From: Nemertoderma westbladi
Taxonomy: Eukaryota > Animalia > Xenacoelomorpha
DNA: 64,000 bases
NCBI GenBank assembly: GCA_032718475.1
Contig: JAUCBJ010009123.1
Span: forward strand, 1 to 64,000
Reading direction: 5' to 3'
The first letter of the stretch is position 1, and each line of letters begins with the position of its first letter. The position numbers and the translations under genes were made by a program. The notes beneath the pieces were generated by a model. It was not told the origin of the DNA. It saw nothing but the letters and a program-made list of their open reading frames with translations, and did not search any database. Shown in pieces: positions 33,506-45,194 of this stretch.

Positions 33506-35032
33506 AATTAACAATAAACATACAATATTGCAATGTTCTAGAGTTAATATACGGAAATAATAACCTGAAGCGAATAAAACTGAATAATACTGATGCCGTT
33601 CCAGAAGCAAATTAACCTGTATAATTACCGTGGCCGCTGGCCGAGATAATTATGCTAGGTTAATTTGCTGAAGGATAAGGCAGAAGTGATTATTACAGTT
33701 TTATTCGCTGAAGGTTTATATTTCCGTATATTAACTCTAGAACATTGCAATATTGTGTTTATTGTTAATTAGAGCATATTGAACGAACAACATGACAGCT
33801 TACTTTGTATTTTTAAGGATCGTTTCTCATACAATATACGTGTATTCAATCTTGCGTAGCATTTAAATCTATTTCCTTGAATTAATATCGCTCCAGAGGT
33901 CGTGGGTTTGTTCCCCTGCAGGCGGGCCAGGATAGTTTTCGTTTTGGCACAAATGCATATTAAAGGGACTAACCAAACCAGGGCGCTCGCATATTTGCTT
34001 TATTAATTAAATTGTCGTTAAATGAGTACCAGTTATCTCATTGCCTGTAAGGAGTTTTAATAGTTCTGTGGGGTCTATACTGGAAATGAGTTGTGTGACC
34101 TTATTTTCTATTTTTCGTACTTGTTACAAGGAGGTCTCCTTGTTTTTTTTTTCATTTCCGCATTCATTGCCTCTAACATAAGGTAAGGACGACCGAGTCT
34201 GTGCAACTACTGTATATTTTTAATTTTTAATTATCTTATTTAATAAATTGTTGCAGAAATAACGTTATTTTATTCAATACTAGACTCTTTTCACTGGTAA
34301 ATTAATAAAGATAAACCAAATTTACTATGGATATTCATAATAATAATACGATTTGTTGGTATTTTTAAAAACACTAGCTACTGTACCATTTTTATGAATA
34401 GATTAACTACCATTGAAAACACTAGCTACCACAAAAATTTAACATGTAACGAGTCGGAAATATGTACCAAAACATAAATCACTAGCCAAAACAGCTATAC
34501 AAAGGCAGAATTATGGTGACACGGGTTAGTTTAGTTACACAAGTACCCCCCCCCCCCCCCCCCCCCCGGTAAAATTTAATAAAATTAATAAGATGGCAAA
34601 CAACGAAAAGATCTTCACTGTGCCGTTTCTATCTAATTTAATGATGCTCGCATGGCTTTTGGTGAGGTCAGATTGTAATAAGAGTTATATCATTCTTACG
34701 AATACTGGAGTAGAATTTAAAGTGCCAATCTGTCAATCATATTGAGATGGTCATTTTGCTTAATGTGAAATATATAGCTACAGTACATTATTGAAAGAAA
34801 CCGTAGCAAGTTTGGTATATTGCTGAACCATGGGATAATACATAAAATTATATGAATACTGTATATACTGCAACATATATTTTCTAGAATCCCTTATCAG
34901 AGCAATTTCTAAGAAAAGAGTATAATTTTAGGAAAAAATAGTATTATACAACATTTATAGAACATTTTTTTTAAATTATACGATTATAAATTTACCTAGT
35001 TTCCGTAGCAATATGCGAAAATTAACAATAAA
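33506..35032. mobile_element. Palindrome-headed dispersed element, copy 2 (unexpanded; contains a SINE at ~33845-34100)
   Basis: Hairpin 33506-33770. Colinear with copy 1 and carries only one satellite-like monomer at ~34850-34885. Confidence 0.75.
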
Positions 35033-35065
35033 CAGTAATAATTATTGTTTTATCTGTTTATGCTT

Positions 35066-36536
35066 GTGAGGTTTGATCAAGAAATCGACCTACCGTTGCA
35101 AAATATTATTTCACACATAATTAGAGGTTGAAGTCAAAATAGTTCATTTGGTTTTAAAAAATCGAATTTTATTTTTTTACTTTTTCTAGATCAGAATTTT
35201 TTGGTAATTCTGAAACTGTAAGCGAAATTTTCATATCTATTTTAGTTTTGGAGTTATTTGATTTTTTGTAGACCTCACTCATTTTGAAATTATTATAAAT
35301 AAGTAGCCTGTTCAGTGATTTCATTTCAATTGTTACTTTCCACGGCTGACGGATCATAGACTGTCGATCAGTCTGTTTGTATGTCTGTCTGTGTGTCAGT
35401 TTGTCTGTCAAAAATAGGGAAACATGATATCTAACAAAATGTTTTGGTTTGGGAATTTTCTTGGAAGGCGATTCCATTTCCAATGTCGATTTATGGGTTT
35501 GACGCGATCCTGACTGTCTGAATTAGTGTTAGTCAGTCTGTCTGTCTGTCTGTGTGTCGGTTTGTCTGTCAAAACTTATGGAAACATGATATCTAACAAA
35601 ATGTTTTGCTTTTGGGTGAAATGAAATCACCGACCAAGAAAACCCCATAATTGTTAGTTAATTTGAGATATTTCTCAATTTTGACAGACAAACAGATAGA
35701 CAGACCGACCGACAGACAGACAGACGAACAAACATTAACTAATCAATCAAACGTAAAAATAGATATCGGAAATGAAATCACCGACCAAGAAAACCCTATA
35801 AATAAATTTGTTTGTTGATTTGATTTAGTTCCCAATTTTGACAAACAAACAGACAGACAGACAGAACGTCTAGATTTCTTCAAACTGAAAAAGTGAAATT
35901 TGAACTGTAATTACCACCCAGTGACATTTTAAATGTTATCAGAAAAACTCTATAAGACATATTTTGAGTAGTTTGTGCGCTTCTTAAATTTTAACAGACA
36001 GACAGACATACCAAAAACTGACTGACATGCAGACAATCGTCTAGAATCAAACCGACATCGTATTTGAAATCATCGGCAAATAAAAACCGAATAGCAAAAA
36101 AATGTAGGTGGTGGTGCTTTATTTATTTATTTGTTACATTTTTGACAGACAAACAAACAAGTATTCAGAAAAACAGGCATAGTGACCTCCAATAGAAATA
36201 AAAATTAAAATATTGTCGCCAAAGGTCCATACACTGATGTGTATCAGAATTCTGACGTATATACCTAATTTTTTACAAGTCTGCTTTGAAATATCGTAAA
36301 AGTTTACATTTGAAAATTTGAAACTGTCATAACTTGAAAGGCGTTTTTCTCAAAACTTTGTTAATGTTTGGTCATAAGACTACTAATTTTCAAAACTCAG
36401 TATCTCGACAACACTTTATCGGATTTGAAATCTGTTTTCAGTGTTCGATTCAGCATAAAAATGTGTATTTGAATCAATAAAAAAAACACAAAATTATTCT
36501 TTGTAACCGTAGGTCGGTTTCTTGATCAAACCTCAC
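35066..36536. mobile_element. Non-autonomous DNA transposon-like element with ~40-bp TIRs and internal CTGT/ACAG modules
   Basis: GTGAGGTTTGATCAAGAAATCGACCTACCGTTGCAAA vs TTTGTAACCGTAGGTCGGTTTCTTGATCAAACCTCAC. Internal TTTGTCTGTCAAAA modules switch to TTTTGACAGACAAA near 35620. No TSD is evident. Confidence 0.75.
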
Positions 36537-37227
36537 CAAAACACAATATTACTAGAAAGCCAGCAAGCTGACTAAAAGAAGACCGTCTATAAGACAACAA
36601 AACCGAAAAACTAAATGATATTCTAATCCCCAATCAAATATCAATCACAATCAATATGTAAACCTCTCCCACCCTCCATGCAGCCTTGGAGGAAGCAGAA
36701 TTAATGTTCTCAACAGAAAACCCACCCCAACCATTTGATTTACTGAGACACACTCTTCCCAGCTGGCTAGAATTAAATAATTATACAACGTTGCTATGAT
36801 ACAGAGAAAATCCTTCCCCATTCACTACCATAGGCAAAGTTGAGGCTGCGTGAGGGAAATATTACATATTTATACACTATTTAATCAATAAATAATCATA
36901 CATCTTCATATTAAACACTCGAATATAATAAAAACTTTGTGAGAATGGGACACGGCGATTCGACCTGAGCTATTTTTATACAACGTGAGCTTAATTTTAC
37001 CCGCTTAAATAATTATTAACCGAAATAAGATCCCAAATAATCGATACATTTCTTTGTATACAGTAGTTGGCCACGAAGTAGAGCTCTTCTTACCCTTCCA
37101 AGCCAATATCAATGTGCACAAACATACATACAGACAAACACCCACACACACATACATACGTTTTTTTGACAGCAAGAAGCCCTGAGGTCCTCTAATTATA
37201 ATTCTATATAATGTATTTTTTATTTAG

Positions 37228-37467
37228 TTTCTATGGGTTACAATGATTGAACCATCCGATGCAGCATCAGTCCTCTGCATGAATCTCTATGACGATATAT
37301 CCGGGGAACCAATCAGATCATTTCCTTTATTAACTTTAGATAAAGATAACTTCAGTGACGGAGCGGAGGATGTCGGTGTAGATATGGATTTGGATGTTAT
37401 CTTGGTGTTTCGGAAACACAGAGGAAGATGGGCAGTAGATATATTTCAATTATTCGAAAATGAGTGA
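37228..37467 (+). CDS. DCAF17: DCAF17 terminal coding exon 2
   Basis: Acceptor TATTTTTTATTTAG| is in phase 0. The joined protein reads EDELQ|FLWVTMIEPS...MNLYDDISGEPIRSFPL...VDMDLDVILVF...DIFQL, matching the recalled DCAF17 C-terminus (EDELDLLSVV...HCNEYGTLLKSIPL...FDRDLVLHI...YVYQM). Confidence 0.8.
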   Translation, partial: FLWVTMIEPSDAASVLCMNLYDDISGEPIRSFPLLTLDKDNFSDGAEDVGVDMDLDVILVFRKHRGRWAVDIFQLFENE

Positions 37468-37976
37468 AATATACAGGCCGGTTTGGCCCTCGACCCGATG
37501 TTACCGTCACAATGAAATACCGCGAACTGCGGACCCGGTCGAACACTTGTCGCCCGATTAAATAAATTCCTGATCCTGACGTGAGTCAAGCGGAATCGAC
37601 GTAAAATCAAATCCAGATGAAAACATAGAGTATGTGCGACACAAATATAAGTAATAAGTTTCACAAGATCACAGGATTCCCTTATTATTTATTGTGTTCT
37701 GTTTATGGCGAAATGGTGAGCACTTCGCACTTCCTTAGTCGAGTTTTTCACTAACTTATGATTTTTAACGTTGTAGTAAACTTTAACTTCAAGACTTCAT
37801 TTTAACTATTAATGCTTAATATGGTTTAATTAATATATTGCCTCCATTTATTTTTTAATTTGAAAATTTAATTATCTCTAACTAAATAATTATAATTATA
37901 CACCGGGAATATTTACCGGGAATAGTGTTAATTTCCGAGCTCCAGCGAGTTTTTACGACTTGCATTCTCTTCCTTT

Positions 37977-40900
37977 GGATTACCGCTTGGACTCGGTGTA
38001 TCAGACAGCTGGTGCTTCCTATTCCTACACCGGTATATTACCGCTTGGACCCGGTGTATCACTTATCAGACACCTGATGCTTCCTACACCAGCAGATTAT
38101 CGCTTGGACTCGGTGTATCAGACAGGCTGGTGCTTCCTACACCGGTAGATTACCGCTTGGACGCAGTGTATCAGACAGCTGGTGCTTCCTACACCGGTAG
38201 ATTACCGCTTGGACTTGGTGTAATAGACAGCTGGTGCTTCCTACACCAGCAGATTATCGCTTGGACTCGGTGTATCAGACAGGCTGGTGCTTCCTACACC
38301 GGTAGATTACCGCTTGGACCCGGTGTACCAGACAGGCCGGTGCTTCCTACACTGGTAGATTACCACTTGGACCCGGTGTATCAGACATCTAGCTGGTGCT
38401 TCCTACACCGGTAGATTACCGCTTGGACCCAGTGTATCAGACACCTGGTGCTTCCTATACCGGTAGATTACCGCTTGGACTCGGTGTATCAGACACCTGG
38501 TGCTTCCTACACCAGTAGATTGCCACTTGGACCCAGTGTATTAGACAGCTGGTGTTTCCTACACCGGTAGATTACCGCTTGGACCCAGTGTATCAGACAG
38601 CTGGTGCTTCCTACACCAGTAGATTACCGCTTGGACCCAGTGTATCAGACAGCTGGTGCTTCCTACACCAGTAGATTGCCGCTTGGACCCGGTGTATCAG
38701 ACAGCTGGTGCTTCCTACACCAGTAGATTGCCGCTTGGACCCGGTGTATTAGACAGCTGGTGTTTCCTACACCGGTAGATTACCGCTTGGACCCAGTGTA
38801 TCAGACAGCTGGTGCTTCCTACACCAGTAGATTGCCGCTTGGACCCGGTGTAATAGACAGCTGGTGCTTCCTACACCAGTAGATTGCCGCTTGAACCCAG
38901 TGTATCAGCAGATGGTGCTTCCTATTCCTACACCGGTCGATTACCGCTTGAACCCGGTGTATCAGGCAGCTGGTGCTTCCTACACCGGTAGATTACCGCT
39001 TGGACCCGGTGTACCAGACAGCTGGTGCTTCCTTCACCAGTAGATTACCGCTTGAACCCGGTGTATCAGACAGCTGGTGCTTCCTACACTGGTAGATTAC
39101 CGCTTGGACCCGGTGTATCAGACAGCTGGTGCTTCCTACACCAGTAGATTACCGCTTGGACCCGGTGTATCAGACAGCTGGTGCTTCCTACACTGGTAGA
39201 TTACCGCTTGGACCCGGTGTACCAGACAGCTGGTGCTTCCTTCACCAGTAGATTACCGCTTGAACCCGGTGTATCAGACAGCTGGTGCTTCCTACACTGG
39301 TAGATTACCGCTTGGACCCGGTGTATCAGACAGCTGGTGCTTCCTACCGGTAGATTACCACTTGAACCCGATGTATCAGACAGCTGGTGCTTCCTACACC
39401 AGTAGATTACCGCTTGAACCCGGTGTATCAGCAGATGGTGCTTCCTATTCCTACACCGGTCGATTACCGCTTGAACCCGGTGTATCAGGCAGCTGGTGCT
39501 TCCTACACCGGTAGATTACCACTTGGACCCGGTGTATCAGACAGCTAGCTGGTGCTTCCTACACCGGTAGATTACCGCTTGGACCCAGTGTATCAGACAG
39601 CTGGTGCTTCCTACACCGGTAGATTACCGCTTGGACCCAGTGTATCAAACAGCTGGTGCTTCCTACACCGGTAGATTACCGCTTGGACTTGGTGTATCAG
39701 ACAGCTGGTGCTTCCTACACCGGCGGTAGATTACCACTTGGACCCGGTGTATCAGACAGCTGGTGCTTCCTACACCGGTAGATTACCGCTTGGACCCAGT
39801 GTATCAGACAGCTGGTGCTTCCTACACCGGTAGATTACCACTTGGACCCGGTGTATCAGACAGCTAGCTGGTGCTTCCTACACCGGTAGATTACCGCTTG
39901 GACCCAGTGTATCAGCACAGCTGGTGCTTCCTACACCGGTAGATTACCACTTGGACCCGGTGTATCAGACAGCTAGCTGGTGCTTCCTACACCGGTAGAT
40001 TACCGCTTGGACCCAGTGTATTAGACAGCTGGTGTTTCCTACACCAGTAGATTGCCGCTTGGACCCGGTGTATCAGACAGCTGGTGCTTCCTACCGGTAG
40101 ATTACCACTTGCACCCGATGTATCAGACAGCTGGTGCTTCCTTCACCAGTAGATTACCGCTTGAACCCGGTGTATCAGACAGCTGGTGCTTCCTACACTG
40201 GTAGATTACCGCTTGGACCCGGTGTACCAGACAGCTGGTGCTTCCTTCACCAGTAGATTACCGCTTGAACCCGGTGTATCAGGCAGATGGTGCTTCCTAT
40301 TCCTACACCGGTCGATTACCGCTTGAACCCGGTGTATCAGGCAGCTGGTGCTTCCTACACCGGTAGATTACCGCTTGGACCCAGTGAAACAGACAGCTGG
40401 TGCTTCCTACACTGGTAGATTACCGCTTGGACCCGGTGTATCAGACAGCTAGCTGGTGCTTCCTACACCGGCAGATTACCGCTTGGACTTGGTGAATCAG
40501 ACAGCTGGTGCTTCCTATTCCTACACCGGTAGATTACCGCTTGGACCCAGTAAAACAGACAGCTGGTGCTTCCTACACCGGTAGATTACCACTTGGACCC
40601 GGTGTATCAGACAGCTAGCTGGTGCGTCCTACACCAGTAGATTACCACTTGGACCCGGTGTATCAGACAGCTAGCTGGTGCTTCCTACAACGGTAGATTA
40701 CCACTTGGACCCGGTGTATCAGACATCTGGTGCTTCCTACACCGGTAGATTACCGCTTGTACCCAGTGTATCAGACAGCTGGTGCTTCCTACACCGGTAG
40801 ATTACCGCTTGGACTTGGTGTAATAGACAGCTGGTGCTTCCTACACCAGTAGATTGCCGCTTTGACCCGGTGTATCAGACAGCTGGTGCTTCCTACCGGT

Positions 40901-42402
40901 AGATTACCACTTGAACCCGATGTATCAGACAGCTGGTGCTTCCTACACCAGTAGATTACCGCTTGAACCCGGTGTATCAGGCAGATGGTGCTTCCTATTC
41001 CTACACCGGTCGATTACCGCTTGAACCCGGTGTATCAGGCAGCTGGTGCTTCCTACACCGGTAGATTACCGCTTGGACCCAGTGAAACAGACAGCTGGTG
41101 CTTCCTACACCAGTAGATTACCGCTTGGACCCGGTGTATCAGACAGCTAGCTGGTGCTTCCTACACCGGCAGATTACCGCTTGGACTTGGTGTATCAGAC
41201 AGCTGGTGCTTCCTATTCCTACACCGGTAGATTACCGCTTGGACCCAGTGAAACAGACAGCTGGTGCTTCCTACACCAGTAGATTACCGCTTGGACCCGG
41301 TGTATCAGACAGCTAGCTGGTGCTTCCTACACCGGTAGATTACCGCTTGGACCCGGTGTATCAGACATCTGGTGCTTCCTACACCGGTAGATTACCGCTT
41401 GGACCCGGTGTATCAGGCAGCTGGTGCTTCCTACACTGGTAGATTACCGGTTGGACCCAGTGAAACAGACAGCTGGTGCTTCCTACACTGGTAGATTACC
41501 GCTTGGACGTGGTGTATCAGACAGCTAGCTGGTGCTTCCTACACCGGTAGATTACCGCTTGGACCCGGTGTATCAGACAGCTAGCTGGTGCGTCCTACAC
41601 CGGTAGATTACCGCTTGGACCCGGTGTATCAGACAGCTGGTGCTTCCTACACTGGTAGATTACCGGTTGGACCCAGTGAAACAGACAGCTGGTGCTTCCT
41701 ACACTGGTAGATTACCGCTTGGACGTGGTGTATCAGACAGCTAGCTGGTGCTTCCTACACCCGTAGATTACCGCTTGGACCCGGTGTATCAGACAGCTAG
41801 CTGGTGCGTCCTACACCGGTAGATTACCACTTGGACCCGGTGTATCAGACAGCTAGCTGGTGCTTCCTACACCGGTAGATTACCACTTGGACCCGGTGTA
41901 TCAGACAGCTAGCTGGTGCTTCCTACACCGGTAGATTACCGCTTGTACCCAGTGTATCAGACAGCTGGTGCTTCCTATTCCTATACCGGTAGATAACCGC
42001 TTGGACTCGGTGTAATAGACAGCTGGTGCTTCCTACACCAGCAGATTGCCGCTTGGACCCGGTGTATCAGACAGCTGGTGCTTCCTACACTGGTAGATTA
42101 CCGCTTGGACCCGGTGTATCAGACAGCTGGTGCTTCCTACACCGGTAGATTACCGCTTGGACTTGGTGTATCAGAGCTGGTGCTTCCTACACCAGTAGAT
42201 TGCCGCTTGGACCCGGTGTACCAGACAGCTGGTGCTTCCTACACCGGTAGATTACCGCTTGGACTTGGTGTATCAGAGCTGGTGCTTCCTACACCGGTAT
42301 ATTACGGCTTGGACCCGGTGTATCAGACAGCTGGTGCTTCCTACACCGGTAGATTACCGCTTGGACCCGGTGTATCAGACAGCTGGTGCTTCCTACACCA
42401 GT
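37977..42402. repeat. 52-bp GC-rich satellite (~85 units)
   Basis: Unit GATTACCGCTTGGACCCGGTGTATCAGACAGCTGGTGCTTCCTACACCGGTA, with recurring +AGCT and +ATTCCT variants. Confidence 0.97.
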
Positions 42403-42968
42403 TCACACATACACTTTGCGGTGACTGCACTGCTTGAAACCGCTGCCAAAGAGATTTTGAAATTCTGCGACTAACCAACCACCACACTTTGAGGTTCGAC
42501 GACTAACCACCACACTTTGAGGCGTCTACCACCCTGTAATGCAATTATTCCATTCTATTCTACTACTATCCGTATATAAGATCATTGTTTTATTTATTTA
42601 CCATGTTCAACCATTGAACCATTCTCACAGTTACAGTTATATTGCCAGTTTTGCCAATCGGATAAAGCTTTGTTTAATGTTTACTCGTAGCTACAGTACA
42701 GATATTGGGAGCATCGGATGCATTCAAATTGCATCCCTCTTGACCCTCTCCAGGGGAAAATCGATGCAAATAACAGCTGATTACTCCCAAAAAGGAAACT
42801 GTAAACTGTTCTATTGACTTTAGTTTAATGTTTTGGTTTGAATAACGTGCCACACAGTCACTGTAACATGCACCTAGCCCCCCCCCCCCCCCCCCCCCCC
42901 TCTCCCTGTCTCCAGCTGTGTTGTCAGTCTCACAGCAGCAGACCTAGGCCTACTCTGTTGATATCGGC

Positions 42969-43033
42969 CAAGGCCTACTAAAAGACTCCATCAATCCTAA
43001 AATCATCCTAAAAGACTCTTTTAGTAGGCCTTG
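42969..43033. mobile_element. 65-bp mini hAT-like element with a perfect 8-bp TSD
   Basis: TIRs CAAGGCCTACTAAAAG and CTTTTAGTAGGCCTTG. TSD ATATCGGC at 42961-42968 and 43034-43041. Confidence 0.8.
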
Positions 43034-43184
43034 ATATCGGCCTACTCCTACTCCTACAGTCTGCAGTCTGCGTTGGTCGGGATTTCAGGATTTATTTGTA
43101 GCTGAGTCTCTGTACTTACCGAACCCAAAATCATCATTTTTTTTAGAATACTCATATAGGCCCTATATAACTTATTACTGTATT

Positions 43185-43934
43185 ATGGACGAGTCACTGA
43201 AAGGGAAAAGGGCCCTGGTAACGGGAGCCGGTCGAGGTATAGGTCGGGGCACCGCCATAGCGCTGCACAGAAATGGAGCCAAGGTCACGGCTCTATCCAA
43301 AACCAAGGAACACCTCGCTACTTTGGCAGCGGAGTACCCAGGAATAGAAACAGTGTGCGTAGACCTGGGGGACTGGGATGAGTTGGAGAAGGCGTTATCG
43401 GGGCTGGGACCTATTGATCTATTAGTAAACAACGCCGCAGTTGGGGCTCTAGAGAACTTTGTCGACGTTACGAAGGCCAACATTGATCTCGGGTTCGCGG
43501 TAAACGTGAGAGCGCCTATGTTGATTGGCAGTGTCGTCGCCCGCGGAATGAAGGAACGCGGAACCGGCGGTTCCATCGTAAATATATCCAGTCAGGCGGC
43601 TAAGTTGGCCTTCCAAGGCCACGCCGTGTACTCGGCAACTAAAGCCGCCCTAGACGCGATCACCTGTAACATGGCGATGGAACTCGGCCCGTATAACATC
43701 CGTACCAACTCGGTAAACCCCACCGTGGTGCTAACCGATTTAGGGAAGCTCGCGTGGGGTGACCCGGCTAAAGGCGACCCCATGAAGGCCCGAATCCCGA
43801 TGGGCCGATTCGCTGAGATCCATGAGATTGTCGATGTGATTCTCTTCCTGCTCAGCGACAAGGCCAGCATGGTGACCGGTCAGCATCTAGCCGTGGACGG
43901 GGGATTCCTAGTCAGTGGGTTGGCCTTCAAGTAA
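43185..43934 (+). CDS. DCXR: L-xylulose reductase / dicarbonyl reductase (SDR family), single coding exon
   Basis: 249 aa with TGAGRGIG, VCVDLGDW, LLVNNAAV, GSIVNISSQA, YSATK, MAMELGPYNIRTNSVNPTVVLTDLG and RIPMGRFAE. Confidence 0.92.
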   Translation: MDESLKGKRALVTGAGRGIGRGTAIALHRNGAKVTALSKTKEHLATLAAEYPGIETVCVDLGDWDELEKALSGLGPIDLLVNNAAVGALENFVDVTKANIDLGFAVNVRAPMLIGSVVARGMKERGTGGSIVNISSQAAKLAFQGHAVYSATKAALDAITCNMAMELGPYNIRTNSVNPTVVLTDLGKLAWGDPAKGDPMKARIPMGRFAEIHEIVDVILFLLSDKASMVTGQHLAVDGGFLVSGLAFK

Positions 43935-44254
43935 ACCTCCCGACTGCAGGTTAATACATTAATAATGAAACTGTCGATTCGGCTAATCATGATAGTAATT
44001 GGTACATCTCCAATAGCAGGTACTTACAAAGAATCGCGCACTCCATAGAATCTTGTTATTTACTACAAGACGTATTACAATTAAATGGTCTATTTCGTAT
44101 TTCTACTTAGGACATTGGTGATGGGCAGAGGCGCAATACCGGAAATGTTTGAATTATTTGTAGATAAACATTTAATAATAGTGCTAATAATGTGCTCGTT
44201 TGGTATAATTTAGTGTCTGCTTTGATACCCAATCGTTCTATATTAACGGCTGAC

Positions 44255-44490
44255 AAGTCCCACTTTGATGTAGTGGTTGTGTATTGAATTCACATCTCTT
44301 TGGCGGTCGTAAGTTCGATCCTAGCACAGGGCCAGCGGCCTGGGCAGTTTTCGTTTCGGCACGAATGCTTTAAAGGGACCAGCCAGGGCGCATCTCTGCC
44401 TTGCATCCTTAAATGGTAGCTAAATGAGTACTGGAGTTTCCTCTGGGGAGTATAGTTCTGGGGGGACCGCACAGGAAGTAAGCGTAATCT
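44255..44490 (+). mobile_element. tRNA-derived SINE with a Deu/Nin-like central domain
   Basis: A-box-like GTAGTGGTT and B-box GTTCGATCC, then CTCTGCCTTGCATCCTTAAATGGTAGCTAAATGAGTAC resembling the recalled DeuSINE/Nin core. Two further copies are in the window. Confidence 0.6.
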
Positions 44491-45194
44491 CTGGCCTAAC
44501 AGCCAAAGAAATCTAACTTTTTTTTTATGTATTTAACGCACATTTAACGCGATAAATTATTAACTTTACTTCAATAAAAAATATACATAATATCAGGTTA
44601 TTATAAATTATCGACCCTTTATTGAATGACTACTTTCATAACTGATTATCAATATTTGTAAGTCTCAAGGTCGTTGGTTTGACAGCGAGTTATTATAAAT
44701 ATAACTCATTATAACTTTGATAGAACAGCAATTAGCATTACAGAAGTAGATCTAATCCATAGAGAAGTAATGTAGACCGACCGGTCGCACAACTTGTTCA
44801 TAAAATGAGGGCGATGATCACGGATTCCTTCAAAGGTAATATGGGCGGGACAATTTATTGTGTAGATATCGATTCGGTAATGTCGGTTCGGTATATTAGA
44901 CGCAGGTTATTCCGCCGATTTATTTAGTTTTATTATATTTTTTATTTTTTGGAATGCACCAGGAATTATTGCTACATTACGTTCGAATTATTTTAGTTTA
45001 ACAATAACTTTTGCCGTCTTACATTATTAACCTTCCTGGACAATTAATATCACTGTCAATAAAGGAGTTATTATTGTAAAGGTTTTGTGCAATGTGTCAC
45101 ATTTTTATATTTTTGTAGATCTTGTTGAATTATTGTCAATAAACGATATCTATCTATATATTTATCTAGACTCTGCAGACTGAAAAACAAACCT

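Noticed and set aside
34546-34567. Poly-C/poly-G runs (also ~6232, ~6749, ~42878) as functional G-quadruplexes
   Set aside because: Homopolymer lengths are unreliable, most lie within repeats, and there is no evidence of function.
37960-42474. Short ORFs in the 52-bp satellite, and a CRISPR-like appearance
   Set aside because: The unit length is not a multiple of 3. There are no unique spacers and no cas genes, and the context is eukaryotic.
44265-44340. Possible tRNA gene
   Set aside because: Only degenerate A/B boxes with no cloverleaf. It continues into a SINE body shared with two other copies.
44775-44930. Moderately GC-rich patch with a 40-codon ORF (MRAMITDSFK...)
   Set aside because: Too short, with no recognisable homology in any frame I translated.
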